DNA of 64,000 nucleotides from Calditrichia bacterium (GTDB taxonomy: Bacteria > Calditrichota > Calditrichia > RBG-13-44-9 > J075), in the NCBI GenBank assembly GCA_050633245.1, contig JBOEGD010000009.1, positions 160,001 to 224,000 on the forward strand, written 5' to 3'. Below, in pieces: positions 1 to 8,773 of this stretch. The notes beneath the pieces were generated by a model. The model did not search any database. It saw only the letters and a program-made list of their open reading frames with translations, and was not told the origin of the DNA. How positions within the stretch are numbered: position 1 is the stretch's first letter; the number at the start of each line of letters is the position of its first letter. Made by a program: the position numbers and the translations under genes.

Positions 1-1
1 C

Positions 2-1225
2 GGTGCTGCTCAAATTACCGGTCCTATCATCCTGGTTCAGGATGCGGCAAAAGAGCCGGGTTTTTTATTCTATGCCCCATTTTATAATGGTGGAATTTAT
101 GATGATATAGAAGACCGAAGAAAAAACATCACCGGATTAGTATATGCGCCTTTCATCGTTAAAAAGTTAATGGCTGGCGCTCTTGAAAAAGAAAAGCGAC
201 ATGTTGGAATTAGCATAATCGATGGTGATAAAGTTCTATACAATGAGCATGTCGTAAGCGAGACCGACTATGATGCGAATCCGCTGTTTAAGAAAGAATA
301 TTCTGTTCAACTTTACGGCAGGACCTGGTTGTTTGATATCTGGAGCGCAAAGTCCTTTCGGGCTGCTGCATCCAGTAGTCAGCCTCTTGTCATTCTGCTT
401 GGAGGCATTTTTATTGATTCCCTGTTATTATTGCTTTTTCTTCTACTCTCGAGATCAAATCGAAGGGCAATTGAATTTGCAGATAGAGTAACTTTTTCGC
501 TTCAGGACAAAACCACTAAACTTGAAAGATCCAATGAAGAGCTGGAGCAATTTGCATATGTAGCTTCACATGACCTGCAAGAACCGGTTCGTATGGTTGG
601 TAATTTCACCGAATTATTAGCAAAACAATATCAGGGTCAGCTTGATGAGAAGGCTGATCAATATATTGAATTTATTACAGATGGTGCCAGACGAATGAAA
701 ACATTGATCAATGCATTACTAACCTTTTCACGAGTGAGCAAGGAAGAAGCACCTTTTGAACCGGTTGAGTGTTTGACAATGATCAATAATGTTAAAATAA
801 ACTTGAAGCGTGTAATTGAAGAAAATCAAGCTGCAATAACGCATGATGCCCTACCAACTGTAAATGCCAATGCCTCGCTTCTCGGGATGGTTTTTCAAAA
901 CCTGATTAGTAATGGTATTAAGTTCTGCCGTGGTAGAAAACCTGAAATACATATAGGTGTTGAAGAACAGGGTAGGAGTTGGCGATTTTCAGTGAGAGAT
1001 AATGGAATCGGAATCGATCCGCAGTTTGCACAAAAGATATTTGTGATTTTTCAACGTCTTCACACCAGATCAGAATTTCCCGGAGCCGGTATAGGGCTTT
1101 CAATATGTAAGAGAATCATACAGCGCCATGATGGCAAAATTTGGTTAGAAACGCAGCCAGGGAAGGGATCAATATTTTATTTTACCATTCCTCGAGAAGG
1201 AGAATTAAATAATGGAAGCACTTGA
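2..1225 (+). CDS. CHASE-domain sensor histidine kinase, Cph1-like transmitter (5' end outside window)
   Basis: Frame is open from the window edge: [14 protein letters not shown]...[10 protein letters not shown]...GLVYAPF (CHASE-like). A TM helix follows, then H-box [16 protein letters not shown]-box NLISNGIKF and G-boxes DNGIG and GAGIGL. Confidence 0.9.
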   Translation, partial: GAAQITGPIILVQDAAKEPGFLFYAPFYNGGIYDDIEDRRKNITGLVYAPFIVKKLMAGALEKEKRHVGISIIDGDKVLYNEHVVSETDYDANPLFKKEYSVQLYGRTWLFDIWSAKSFRAAASSSQPLVILLGGIFIDSLLLLLFLLLSRSNRRAIEFADRVTFSLQDKTTKLERSNEELEQFAYVASHDLQEPVRMVGNFTELLAKQYQGQLDEKADQYIEFITDGARRMKTLINALLTFSRVSKEEAPFEPVECLTMINNVKINLKRVIEENQAAITHDALPTVNANASLLGMVFQNLISNGIKFCRGRKPEIHIGVEEQGRSWRFSVRDNGIGIDPQFAQKIFVIFQRLHTRSEFPGAGIGLSICKRIIQRHDGKIWLETQPGKGSIFYFTIPREGELNNGST

Positions 1226-1667
1226 TCAAGTAGCCTCCTCAGTAAGAGTTTTATTAGTTGAAGACAATCCCGGCGACGCCTTCTTAACAAAGGAGGCCTT
1301 AAATGAAAGTAAAATACTCGTCCATTTGGATCATGTAGATGATGGGTTTAAAGCATTGGATTATCTCTATAAGCGCAACAAATATAAGCATGTCCAAGAA
1401 CCGGATTTAATTCTTCTTGATCTTAATTTGCCTGGGAAGAGTGGAAGTGAAGTGCTCGGTGAAGTAAAGCAAGATAAGCACCTAAGACACATCCCGGTGG
1501 CTATGCTAACTAGCTCAGAAAACGAAGAGGACGTCTTAAGCAGCTATGGAATGGGAGCAAATTGTTATGTTGCCAAACCTGTAGGGCTGGAAGAGTTTGC
1601 AAAAATCATCAGGTCACTGGAAGAATTTTGGTTCTCAATTGTAAGGTTACCGTTCAATAGTCGATAG
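1212..1667 (+). CDS. Single-domain response regulator, Rcp1-like
   Basis: LLVEDNPGD, DLILLDLNLP (phospho-Asp), LTSS, YVAKP, C-terminal FW; overlaps the kinase stop codon. Confidence 0.92.
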   Translation: MEALDQVASSVRVLLVEDNPGDAFLTKEALNESKILVHLDHVDDGFKALDYLYKRNKYKHVQEPDLILLDLNLPGKSGSEVLGEVKQDKHLRHIPVAMLTSSENEEDVLSSYGMGANCYVAKPVGLEEFAKIIRSLEEFWFSIVRLPFNSR

Positions 1668-1893
1668 AAGACAGTTAACTCAAGGATGAGGAGCTGTAAT
1701 ATGGGTCTTAACGCTAATATCCTGACCGAACAAAAAGACAAAATCAATCCACTTTCCAGTTGGGCTCAGCACATAGTTTGCTGAATCTGATTAGTTAAAA
1801 CCGATCGTGCCGGGCTGCCACGGGATCTGCCCGTGCTCCGTTCAGAGAATCGTCTAAGCCAGATTGAAATGTCGTATAAGTTCTGAAGCTTTA

Positions 1894-1933
1894 AACATCA
1901 AAGCCTCGCCGATGTCGGCGAGGCTTTGATGTT
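1894..1933. terminator. Perfect 19-bp inverted repeat, probable intrinsic (bidirectional) terminator
   Basis: AACATCAAAGCCTCGCCGA-TG-TCGGCGAGGCTTTGATGTT between the convergent response regulator and cold-shock genes. Confidence 0.8.
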
Positions 1934-1988
1934 ATTACATAGTTTTTTTTGTGGTGGGTCTTTACCAATGACCTACGCGAAAATAGAC

Positions 1989-2195
1989 TTATTTTACGAC
2001 TACGTTCTTTGCATTCGGGCCCTTCTCGCCTTCTGCTACGTCGTATTCTACCTTCTGACCTTCATCTAGGGAGGCATAGCCACCATCTGCCTGGATATCA
2101 GAATAGTGCACAAATAGATCTTTGCCACCATCATCCGGAGTGATGAAACCAAAACCTTTAGTTGAATTAAACCACTTTACGGTACCTGAACTCAT
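1989..2195 (-). CDS. cspA: Cold-shock protein (CspA family)
   Basis: [15 protein letters not shown] (RNP1), DLFVHYSDI (RNP2), 68 aa, AGGAG RBS upstream. Confidence 0.96.
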   Translation of the reverse strand: MSSGTVKWFNSTKGFGFITPDDGGKDLFVHYSDIQADGGYASLDEGQKVEYDVAEGEKGPNAKNVVVK

Positions 2196-2681
2196 AACGA
2201 ACTTCTCCTTAATAAATGTGTATTAGATTTTTTCACAGGATTCTGTTTTAATTTTTACTCGACAGAGAGTATAGACATTGTGCAGAGGCATTGCTAACTC
2301 TTTTTCAGTTTGTCTCTAAAGGCTCGATGATGAGTGGAAAAAAAAGACCCGGTAAAAAGCCTGCAACATGTGTGACCGCTGGATAAAATGTGAACATTTA
2401 GAGCTTACCGACGCATTGTGTTCCCACAGTTTTGTGCATACGTACGTTAAACATTATCTTTTGCTCAAGCGCTTAAATCGGCTTTTAGCTTATTCATGAG
2501 CAGTACGTACTAAAAAGTCGGATCGTAAATGAACATCAAACCCATTCTAAAAATCAGCTGCCTGCTGATTTTGGTATTCGTTTAACGCATATTTTACAGT
2601 CCACTTTTGTCTATTTTTTTTCTATCTTACAGGCCTCAGCAAATAACAGCTATTCACTTTATCTTAAAAAGGAGCAAAACT

Positions 2682-3572
2682 GTGATCAAGTCATTCAAAT
2701 ATATTTTTGTAGCGGTATCCATGTTAGCGTCGAGCATTGCATTCGCCCAAATGGACTATGACAAAATTGAGCTGCAAGCCACCAAGGTAGCCGGAACGGT
2801 TTATATGATTTCCGGAACGGATGAGGAAAATGCATTTAGCGGCGGCAATATCGGTGTGTCGGTAGGCGACGACGGCGTGCTGATGGTCGATGCAAAGTTT
2901 GCCAAACTCGCCGACAAAATCAAAGGCGCCATCGAAAGTATCGGTGCAGAAGGCCCGAAATATATTCTCAATACCCACGTGCATGGCGACCATACCGGCG
3001 GTAATCTCCCCTTTCAAAAAGAGGGAACGGTTATCGCCCACCACAACGTGCGAAAGCGCATGATGAAGGATAAACCGGAAGGCAGCTGGCCGGTAATCAC
3101 TTTTGGATCAGATCTGTCTTTCTTTATGAATGGCGAAGAAATTCAGGCCATGCACTTCCCCAATGGCCATACCGATGGCGATGCCATGGTTTTTTTCAAA
3201 GGCTCGAATGTCATTCACATGGGCGACCATTTCTTTCACGGCCTGTTTCCGTTTGTCGATCTAAACGATGGCGGCACCGTTCAGGGGTTCCTCAAAAACA
3301 TAAAGCAAATTATTGACGAAGCACCAAAAGACGTGAAGATTATTCCCGGTCATGGCCCGCTTGCCACGGTTGAGGATCTGAAAGGGGCTCATAAAATGAT
3401 CAGCGAAACCAGCGAGATCATTATCAATAAGATGAAGGCCGGAAAAAGCCTGGAAGACATTACCGCTGAAGGCCTGCCCGAGATGTATTCGTCTTTTCAC
3501 TGGGGATTTATCACGACGGATAAGTGGATCAAGACGATTTATAATAGTTTCAAAGCGGACATGGATAAATAG
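2682..3572 (+). CDS. Secreted metallo-beta-lactamase-fold hydrolase (cyclase-like subgroup)
   Basis: THVHGDH motif, GHTDGD, HMGD, IPGHG. Start placed at GTG 2682 after AAGGAG. Signal peptide ends AFA-Q. Confidence 0.88.
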   Translation: MIKSFKYIFVAVSMLASSIAFAQMDYDKIELQATKVAGTVYMISGTDEENAFSGGNIGVSVGDDGVLMVDAKFAKLADKIKGAIESIGAEGPKYILNTHVHGDHTGGNLPFQKEGTVIAHHNVRKRMMKDKPEGSWPVITFGSDLSFFMNGEEIQAMHFPNGHTDGDAMVFFKGSNVIHMGDHFFHGLFPFVDLNDGGTVQGFLKNIKQIIDEAPKDVKIIPGHGPLATVEDLKGAHKMISETSEIIINKMKAGKSLEDITAEGLPEMYSSFHWGFITTDKWIKTIYNSFKADMDK

Positions 3573-3725
3573 AACATGGATAAATTGAACATGGATAAGA
3601 AGGATAATTTGGATAAGACACTGTCAACAGAATATATAGGATAACAGAGGATTGACAGAATAAATAGGATTAGACACGGTCAACGGAATATATAGGATAA
3701 CAGAGGATTGACAGAATAAATAGGA
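3559..3725 (+). repeat. Composite tandem-repeat tract: 3x15-bp ACATGGATAA unit, 9-bp GGATAA units, then two 54-bp direct repeats
   Basis: ACATGGATAA at 3559, 3574 and 3589. 54-bp copies at 3616-3669 and 3672-3725 differ at 2 positions. Confidence 0.92.
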
Positions 3726-3760
3726 CGCTGTTAAGAGCTTGCTAAAAGGATATTATCCCT

Positions 3761-4582
3761 ATGCACTTTTCCATGTATCACCCACAGGCTGAACTTGCAA
3801 GAACAGTCCACAGTTTTTGGGTGCTGGAACAGGAAAGATCATATTTGTCCGAAAAGAAAGAACGGATTTTCCCAGATGGTTATGTAGATATATTTTTTCA
3901 TTTTGGCGCGCCGGTTCAGCGCTATAATCATAAAAATCAATCAATTGGTGGTCACATTCAATTGGGCATAGCTGGTCTCTTCGAGCAGCATATTCTACTT
4001 AAACCGGGGGGAAATATAAAAATGATAGGCGCCAGGCTTCTACCTGGTGCCCTGACCGATCTATTCGGATTGGAACCACATCTAACGACAAATCGAATCA
4101 TCAATTTAAGCAGGGTTTCCGATCGAGGATTTGCCTTCGAACTGCGTTTGAAAAAAGCTCAAAATAATCGCGAACGTCTCAACATCTTCAGTTCGTTTCT
4201 CCACACTTTATCCGAAAAGCAATTCCGCGAAAAACCAGAAGTAATTACAGATTTGCTCCAGCATATGTATTCAAACAAGGGCATCGTAGATCTTACGCTA
4301 TTTGCCTCAAACAACGATGTTAATCTGCGCACACTGCAAAGACAATTCAGTCAACACATCGGTATTCCGCCGAAAAAGTTTGCACGTATTATTCGATTTC
4401 GGAATATTCTTGGCTCAATTCAACGTCAGCAAAATCCCACCTTTACCCACCTCGCACATGAATATGGATATTTCGATCAGGCTCATTTTGTGAACGACTT
4501 TAAAAAGATTACCGGTCTTTCCCCACGCTCTTTTTTTAAAGAACACCATCCAATTTCCAACACGCTAAACGGACTTTCCTGA
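3761..4582 (+). CDS. AraC-family transcriptional regulator (DUF6597-type N-terminus)
   Basis: N-terminal RIFPDG; C-terminal double HTH RTLQRQF...GIPPKKFARIIRF...GYFDQAHFVNDFKKITG. Confidence 0.92.
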   Translation: MHFSMYHPQAELARTVHSFWVLEQERSYLSEKKERIFPDGYVDIFFHFGAPVQRYNHKNQSIGGHIQLGIAGLFEQHILLKPGGNIKMIGARLLPGALTDLFGLEPHLTTNRIINLSRVSDRGFAFELRLKKAQNNRERLNIFSSFLHTLSEKQFREKPEVITDLLQHMYSNKGIVDLTLFASNNDVNLRTLQRQFSQHIGIPPKKFARIIRFRNILGSIQRQQNPTFTHLAHEYGYFDQAHFVNDFKKITGLSPRSFFKEHHPISNTLNGLS

Positions 4583-4695
4583 TCGAACGTCAATAAAACT
4601 TCCCCGGTGTCGCTTTTCTACAAGTTTAACTTCAATTTCATTGCGATAATTGAAAAGTATCGCAAAATAGGTATTAGTTGAAACCCCGGAGAATT

Positions 4696-6459
4696 ATGCG
4701 CATCCCCAGTCTTTATTTCTATTTTCTGTTCTTTTTGCTACTCGGCTCCTCCTGTCGACAGGCAAGTAGTATTTCAAACTCGATGGCAAAAAACAGCTAT
4801 CCGGACAGCATCTGGAACGCATACAACACGGAGCTCCGCATCAATAAGTTGCTTCTGGAGATGTCCAGAGAGAATAAACCCAAAGACCTGCTTTTTGAAA
4901 ATGTAACGCTGCTAAGCATGGTCACAGACACCCTCATACCAAATCAATCGGTGCTTATTGAGAATGGCATCATATCCGAAGTAGCTCCTGCAGGGCTTCT
5001 CGAGGCCCCTGCTTCAATTACTCGCATAGACGGCCGCGGTAAGTACCTCATGCCCGGTCTGGTTGATGCTCATGTTCATATCGGCGAAAGTAATGTTGAA
5101 AAGCTTTTAAATTTGGCAACCGGGGTTACAACAGTGCGGGAAATGGCGGGGTTTCCTTGGATGATACCCTATCGAGACCAGATTAATGCAAATCGCATCT
5201 TCGCACCAAATCTCTATATTGCCGGAACAATGCTGAATTATAATAGCCTTGGAATCTATACTCGCATTGTCCGCTCTGCTGAAGAGGCCAGAATGTGGGT
5301 AAGAAGACAAAAGGAAAGCGGCTTCGACTACATAAAGGTATGGAACAATATGCCCCTGCCTCTTCTCAAAACGATTGCCGATGAGGCACAAAAACAGGGT
5401 CTGGATTTGGTCGGTCATGTTCCGCACGATGTACGAATCGATCAGGCACTATCGGCAGGCATGAAAACGTTGGAGCACTTTAAAGGTTATTATCTGGACA
5501 AATCTCTTGAGTTAACCACTGAGAATTATATTAAGAGCAGCCAACCGTTCAGGGACTTTTGGCTCTGCCCCACCTTTGCAACCTGGTTACACGGCATGAA
5601 GGGCAAAGCGGCTATAAATTGGCTTAATGAAAACAAGGCTGCGTCCTATATCCCGCCGTCACTAAAGAAACAATGGCTATCTGCGGCAAGCGATACGACC
5701 TACGGTAAATACGGTAACGTTCCGGAGCGCATTTACAAAATGAAGCGGGAGATTTTCCAAAACATAATAAAAAACCGGAACGATAACATTATTGCCGGTA
5801 GCGATAATAATGGTGCTAACAACTTTATGGTCGCGGGATTTGTTCTCCACGAAGAACTTCGAATCATGAACGAATTGGGGCTTTCACCACTGGATGTCTT
5901 AAAAGCCGCGACGGTTAATGCTGCAAAAGCTTTAGGTAGAGAAACAGAGTTCGGCACAATTGAAGCTGGGAAGCGTGCAGATGTCCTTTTACTGGACAAC
6001 AATCCTCTCGAAGATCTGAACCACCTGCTGGCAGGTCGCGCCGTGATGGTGCGCGGGATCTGGATTTCGGAAGAGACTGTCAAGCAGATTTTAGCTTCCA
6101 TTACCGAGATCTACAACAACCAAGACGCAGCGATTGCGAACATGGATCTGGAAACGTTGATTTCATATTATCAAAGTGATAGAGCGGAATTGATTCTTCA
6201 ACCGTCTGCTTACATAAATTTCGGCGCGGATTTGTCCGAAGCTGGCAAGACACATGAGGCCGTTAAGGTTTTAAGGCATGCGCTAAAAATGTATCCGTCA
6301 TATGACATGTATAATGCACTTGGTGATGCCTGCCTTGGCGCGGCTGATACCACTCAAGCCATACAAAGTTACCAAATTTCACTTGAAATGTATCGCTATA
6401 ATCGGCATGCCGAACGAGCGCTCCGGAAAATCAGAGAAGCCCAAGTCGGAACTCCATAA
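4696..6459 (+). CDS. Amidohydrolase-family lipoprotein with C-terminal TPR-like helices
   Basis: Lipobox-like LLGSSC; PGLVDAHVH, GHVP, EHF, AGSD, GTIEAGKRADVLLLD.NPL; terminal helical repeat YNALGDAC...AIQSYQISL. GGAG RBS before ATG 4696. Confidence 0.88.
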   Translation: MRIPSLYFYFLFFLLLGSSCRQASSISNSMAKNSYPDSIWNAYNTELRINKLLLEMSRENKPKDLLFENVTLLSMVTDTLIPNQSVLIENGIISEVAPAGLLEAPASITRIDGRGKYLMPGLVDAHVHIGESNVEKLLNLATGVTTVREMAGFPWMIPYRDQINANRIFAPNLYIAGTMLNYNSLGIYTRIVRSAEEARMWVRRQKESGFDYIKVWNNMPLPLLKTIADEAQKQGLDLVGHVPHDVRIDQALSAGMKTLEHFKGYYLDKSLELTTENYIKSSQPFRDFWLCPTFATWLHGMKGKAAINWLNENKAASYIPPSLKKQWLSAASDTTYGKYGNVPERIYKMKREIFQNIIKNRNDNIIAGSDNNGANNFMVAGFVLHEELRIMNELGLSPLDVLKAATVNAAKALGRETEFGTIEAGKRADVLLLDNNPLEDLNHLLAGRAVMVRGIWISEETVKQILASITEIYNNQDAAIANMDLETLISYYQSDRAELILQPSAYINFGADLSEAGKTHEAVKVLRHALKMYPSYDMYNALGDACLGAADTTQAIQSYQISLEMYRYNRHAERALRKIREAQVGTP

Positions 6460-6500
6460 GGAACAAGTTTTAGCCGGCTCCCACGTACATGACAATCCCA

Positions 6501-7088
6501 TCAACTTTCCTGCCCATTCCTTTCGGGCGTCGGGTAAAAAAACATCAGTCCGCGATAGGCGAGATGTGGCGTATCCTCTTCATCCGGCTCCAGCTCTTCG
6601 CATTCTTTCAGCCATTCCATCAATTTGTTACGCAGTGCCTTCATCTGCGCCTCGCTCCCCTGAACCGACACCCGTAGTAATATTGCACTCAATTCATCCT
6701 CAGCCGATGCGTCTTCTTTGGAAATATCCAGTAACGGAAGCACTTCATTCTCCGTATCACGAAGCATGTTTTGCAATACCTGGGCAGCTTCGCTCTTCTC
6801 CCCCGGCTCTGAAGCAAAAAGCGATGAGTCTATTTCAAATCTCCTGGCAACTGCCTGATAATGCCGTTCAACTGTTCCCCTCTTCGGCTGTTCGCGCACC
6901 ACTTTAAGCAGGCCTGCCTGAGCCAACGCATCGATATGCCTGTAAAGACGAGTCTGTTTAACCTTCATCAAAGCCGCAACCTGTTTTATTGTTGCCGGCT
7001 CATCCGCAAAGTGCTCCAGAAGGGTTAATTTGAAGCTGTCAGACAACAGTGCTGCCTGATCCAATCGCTTTATCCAGTAGGTTTCCAT
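6501..7088 (-). CDS. ArsR-like winged-helix transcriptional regulator
   Basis: PATIKQVA...TRLYRHIDALAQAGLL...RGTVERHYQAVA; GGAGG RBS. Confidence 0.85.
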   Translation of the reverse strand: METYWIKRLDQAALLSDSFKLTLLEHFADEPATIKQVAALMKVKQTRLYRHIDALAQAGLLKVVREQPKRGTVERHYQAVARRFEIDSSLFASEPGEKSEAAQVLQNMLRDTENEVLPLLDISKEDASAEDELSAILLRVSVQGSEAQMKALRNKLMEWLKECEELEPDEEDTPHLAYRGLMFFYPTPERNGQES

Positions 7089-7118
7089 AGGCCTCCCGAC
7101 ATCAAATTATTATTTCTC

Positions 7119-7147
7119 TTGACTATTCACAAAAACATGAATAATCT
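7119..7147 (+). promoter_or_regulatory. Sigma70-like promoter overlapped by a palindrome (possible operator)
   Basis: TTGACT-N17-TAATCT, with TATTCA-N8-TGAATA at 7124-7143. Confidence 0.5.
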
Positions 7148-7195
7148 ACACCACCATGAATATTAACGTATTTGTAAATGTAAACAAAAAAAACT

Positions 7196-7933
7196 ATGGA
7201 GTCAATCATGACCTTTTGGGACGGAGTATTAACGCTTCTCTACATTCTGGTTTTTCCACTAATAAGTTATTTCTCTGCACGGAATAAGCCTCAGCAATTT
7301 TCCAGGGAAGAATCTGAAGAGCGCATAAATGCCTACCGCACTACCATTTTTTCCCAATTCATTCTTGGCACAGCTTTGATTGTGCTTTGGATTTTTCAGG
7401 ACAGAAGTTGGGAGAGCCTGGGATTGGGTCTATACCTCGGGATTGGATTTTGGATTTCCGCCGGCGTCGCCGCTGCAATTTTGCTCTATTTCTATCGCCA
7501 AGTCAGACAGGTGTCTTCCGGAAATGCCGATGTTATTCGCAAAAATAGAGACGAAATGGGAAACATGCTTAATCTAATGCCCCATAGCCAACACGAACTA
7601 CATTACTTTTACGGCGTCTCCCTAACCGCCGGGGTTATCGAAGAATTGCTTTTTCGCGGATACTTTATTTGGTTCTTTGTGCAGTTGATGCCGGTTTGGG
7701 GAGCAGCAATATTTGGCATTTTGATATTCGGCCTTGCTCATTGCTATCAGGGAGTAAAGCATCTGCCCATGATTTTGCTTTATGGCGCCATTCTAATGGG
7801 TCTGTTCATCCTTTCAGGATCTCTTTGGGTTCCAATAGCTCTGCATTTCTTTGGCGATGTCTTACAGGGACAATTGGCCTACCAGATAGTCGTACAATCG
7901 GGTCTCGCACTAACAGAAAACGAGGTGGAATAA
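7196..7933 (+). CDS. CPBP (CAAX/Abi) intramembrane glutamic endopeptidase
   Basis: EELLFRG, FGLAHCYQG, SLWVPIALH motifs; multiple TM helices. Confidence 0.92.
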   Translation: MESIMTFWDGVLTLLYILVFPLISYFSARNKPQQFSREESEERINAYRTTIFSQFILGTALIVLWIFQDRSWESLGLGLYLGIGFWISAGVAAAILLYFYRQVRQVSSGNADVIRKNRDEMGNMLNLMPHSQHELHYFYGVSLTAGVIEELLFRGYFIWFFVQLMPVWGAAIFGILIFGLAHCYQGVKHLPMILLYGAILMGLFILSGSLWVPIALHFFGDVLQGQLAYQIVVQSGLALTENEVE

Positions 7934-8046
7934 TCTCCGCCTGAGTGTTGGAAAAGTGAGATCGAGAACACCGCGAATGCATACTAATTCTGCATTCGCT
8001 TAAAAAGTCACGAACCAACAACCACGATTTGCAATTTCCGCGCTTG

Positions 8047-8649
8047 ATGTTTAACATTAATCCCCTACTCAAAAAAGCGGAACAAATGCAAAAAAGCGGC
8101 TCATCAACTCTCATCACTGCGGTAAAAAAAGGTAATGCTGAGGCCTTTCAACAGCTCTATTATCAATTTTCCGATATGCTATACCGTTTTCTATGGCGTA
8201 AAGTTCGCAATGAAGCCGTTGCGCAGGATCTGGTGCAGGATGTTTTTCTACGCATCTGGTCCAACCGTGCAAACCTCGATGAGCAAAAAGAAATAAAGTC
8301 CTATTTATATCGCATCGCCAACAATCTGGCAATCGATCATTTGCGTAAAAAGATTGTGCGCAATAAAGAGACTATCGATGAAGCATCTGCCGATGTTGCC
8401 TTTTACCCCGATGACTGGTTCGACTTTGAGGAGCACATTCAGCAAGCGCTCAATAAGTTGCCACCCGGTCAGCGCAATGTGTTCTACCTAAGTCGCTTTG
8501 AAGGATTAAAATATCAGGAAATTGCGCAGGCGCTGAACATTTCCTCCAAAACTGTTGAGAATCAAATTTCCAGCGCCCTGAAGAAGTTGCGACATGACTT
8601 AAAAGACTTGCTAATTCTGGTTTTCTGTTTTTTTTATCCATTGCACTAG
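8047..8649 (+). CDS. ECF RNA polymerase sigma factor (FecI-like); start 8047 or 8086
   Basis: AQDLVQDVFLRIW, SYLYRIANNLAID, LPPGQRNVFYLSRFEGLKYQEIA...KTVENQISSALKKLR. Confidence 0.93.
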   Translation: MFNINPLLKKAEQMQKSGSSTLITAVKKGNAEAFQQLYYQFSDMLYRFLWRKVRNEAVAQDLVQDVFLRIWSNRANLDEQKEIKSYLYRIANNLAIDHLRKKIVRNKETIDEASADVAFYPDDWFDFEEHIQQALNKLPPGQRNVFYLSRFEGLKYQEIAQALNISSKTVENQISSALKKLRHDLKDLLILVFCFFYPLH

Positions 8650-8677
8650 GGGGATTTGCCATTTAATCCGTAGAAAG
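8647..8677 (+). promoter_or_regulatory. Candidate ECF-sigma promoter, copy 1 (upstream of fecR)
   Basis: TAGGGG-N16-CGTAGAAAG; the same bipartite motif and spacing recur at 12594. Confidence 0.6.
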
Positions 8678-8773
8678 TGATGGAGAGGCAGAATCCGAAC
8701 AGCAGTCGTATCGAAATCATAACTATAGGTACAATATTACCATGCAAGCAAAACCCCATGGTGACCAGCAGGT

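Noticed and set aside
2432-2444. TTGTGCATACGTA shared with 48549-48561
   Set aside because: Single 13-bp match without flanking similarity; cannot be distinguished from chance by eye.
2682-3572. Metallo-beta-lactamase as an antibiotic-resistance gene
   Set aside because: HxHxDH fold with cyclase-like GGNIG/VD features; the fold alone does not support beta-lactamase activity.
3616-3725. 54-bp direct repeats as a CRISPR array
   Set aside because: Only two copies, separated by 2 bp, with no unique spacers and no cas genes.
6302-6907. 201-aa plus-strand ORF
   Set aside because: Overlaps two well-supported genes and has no family motifs.
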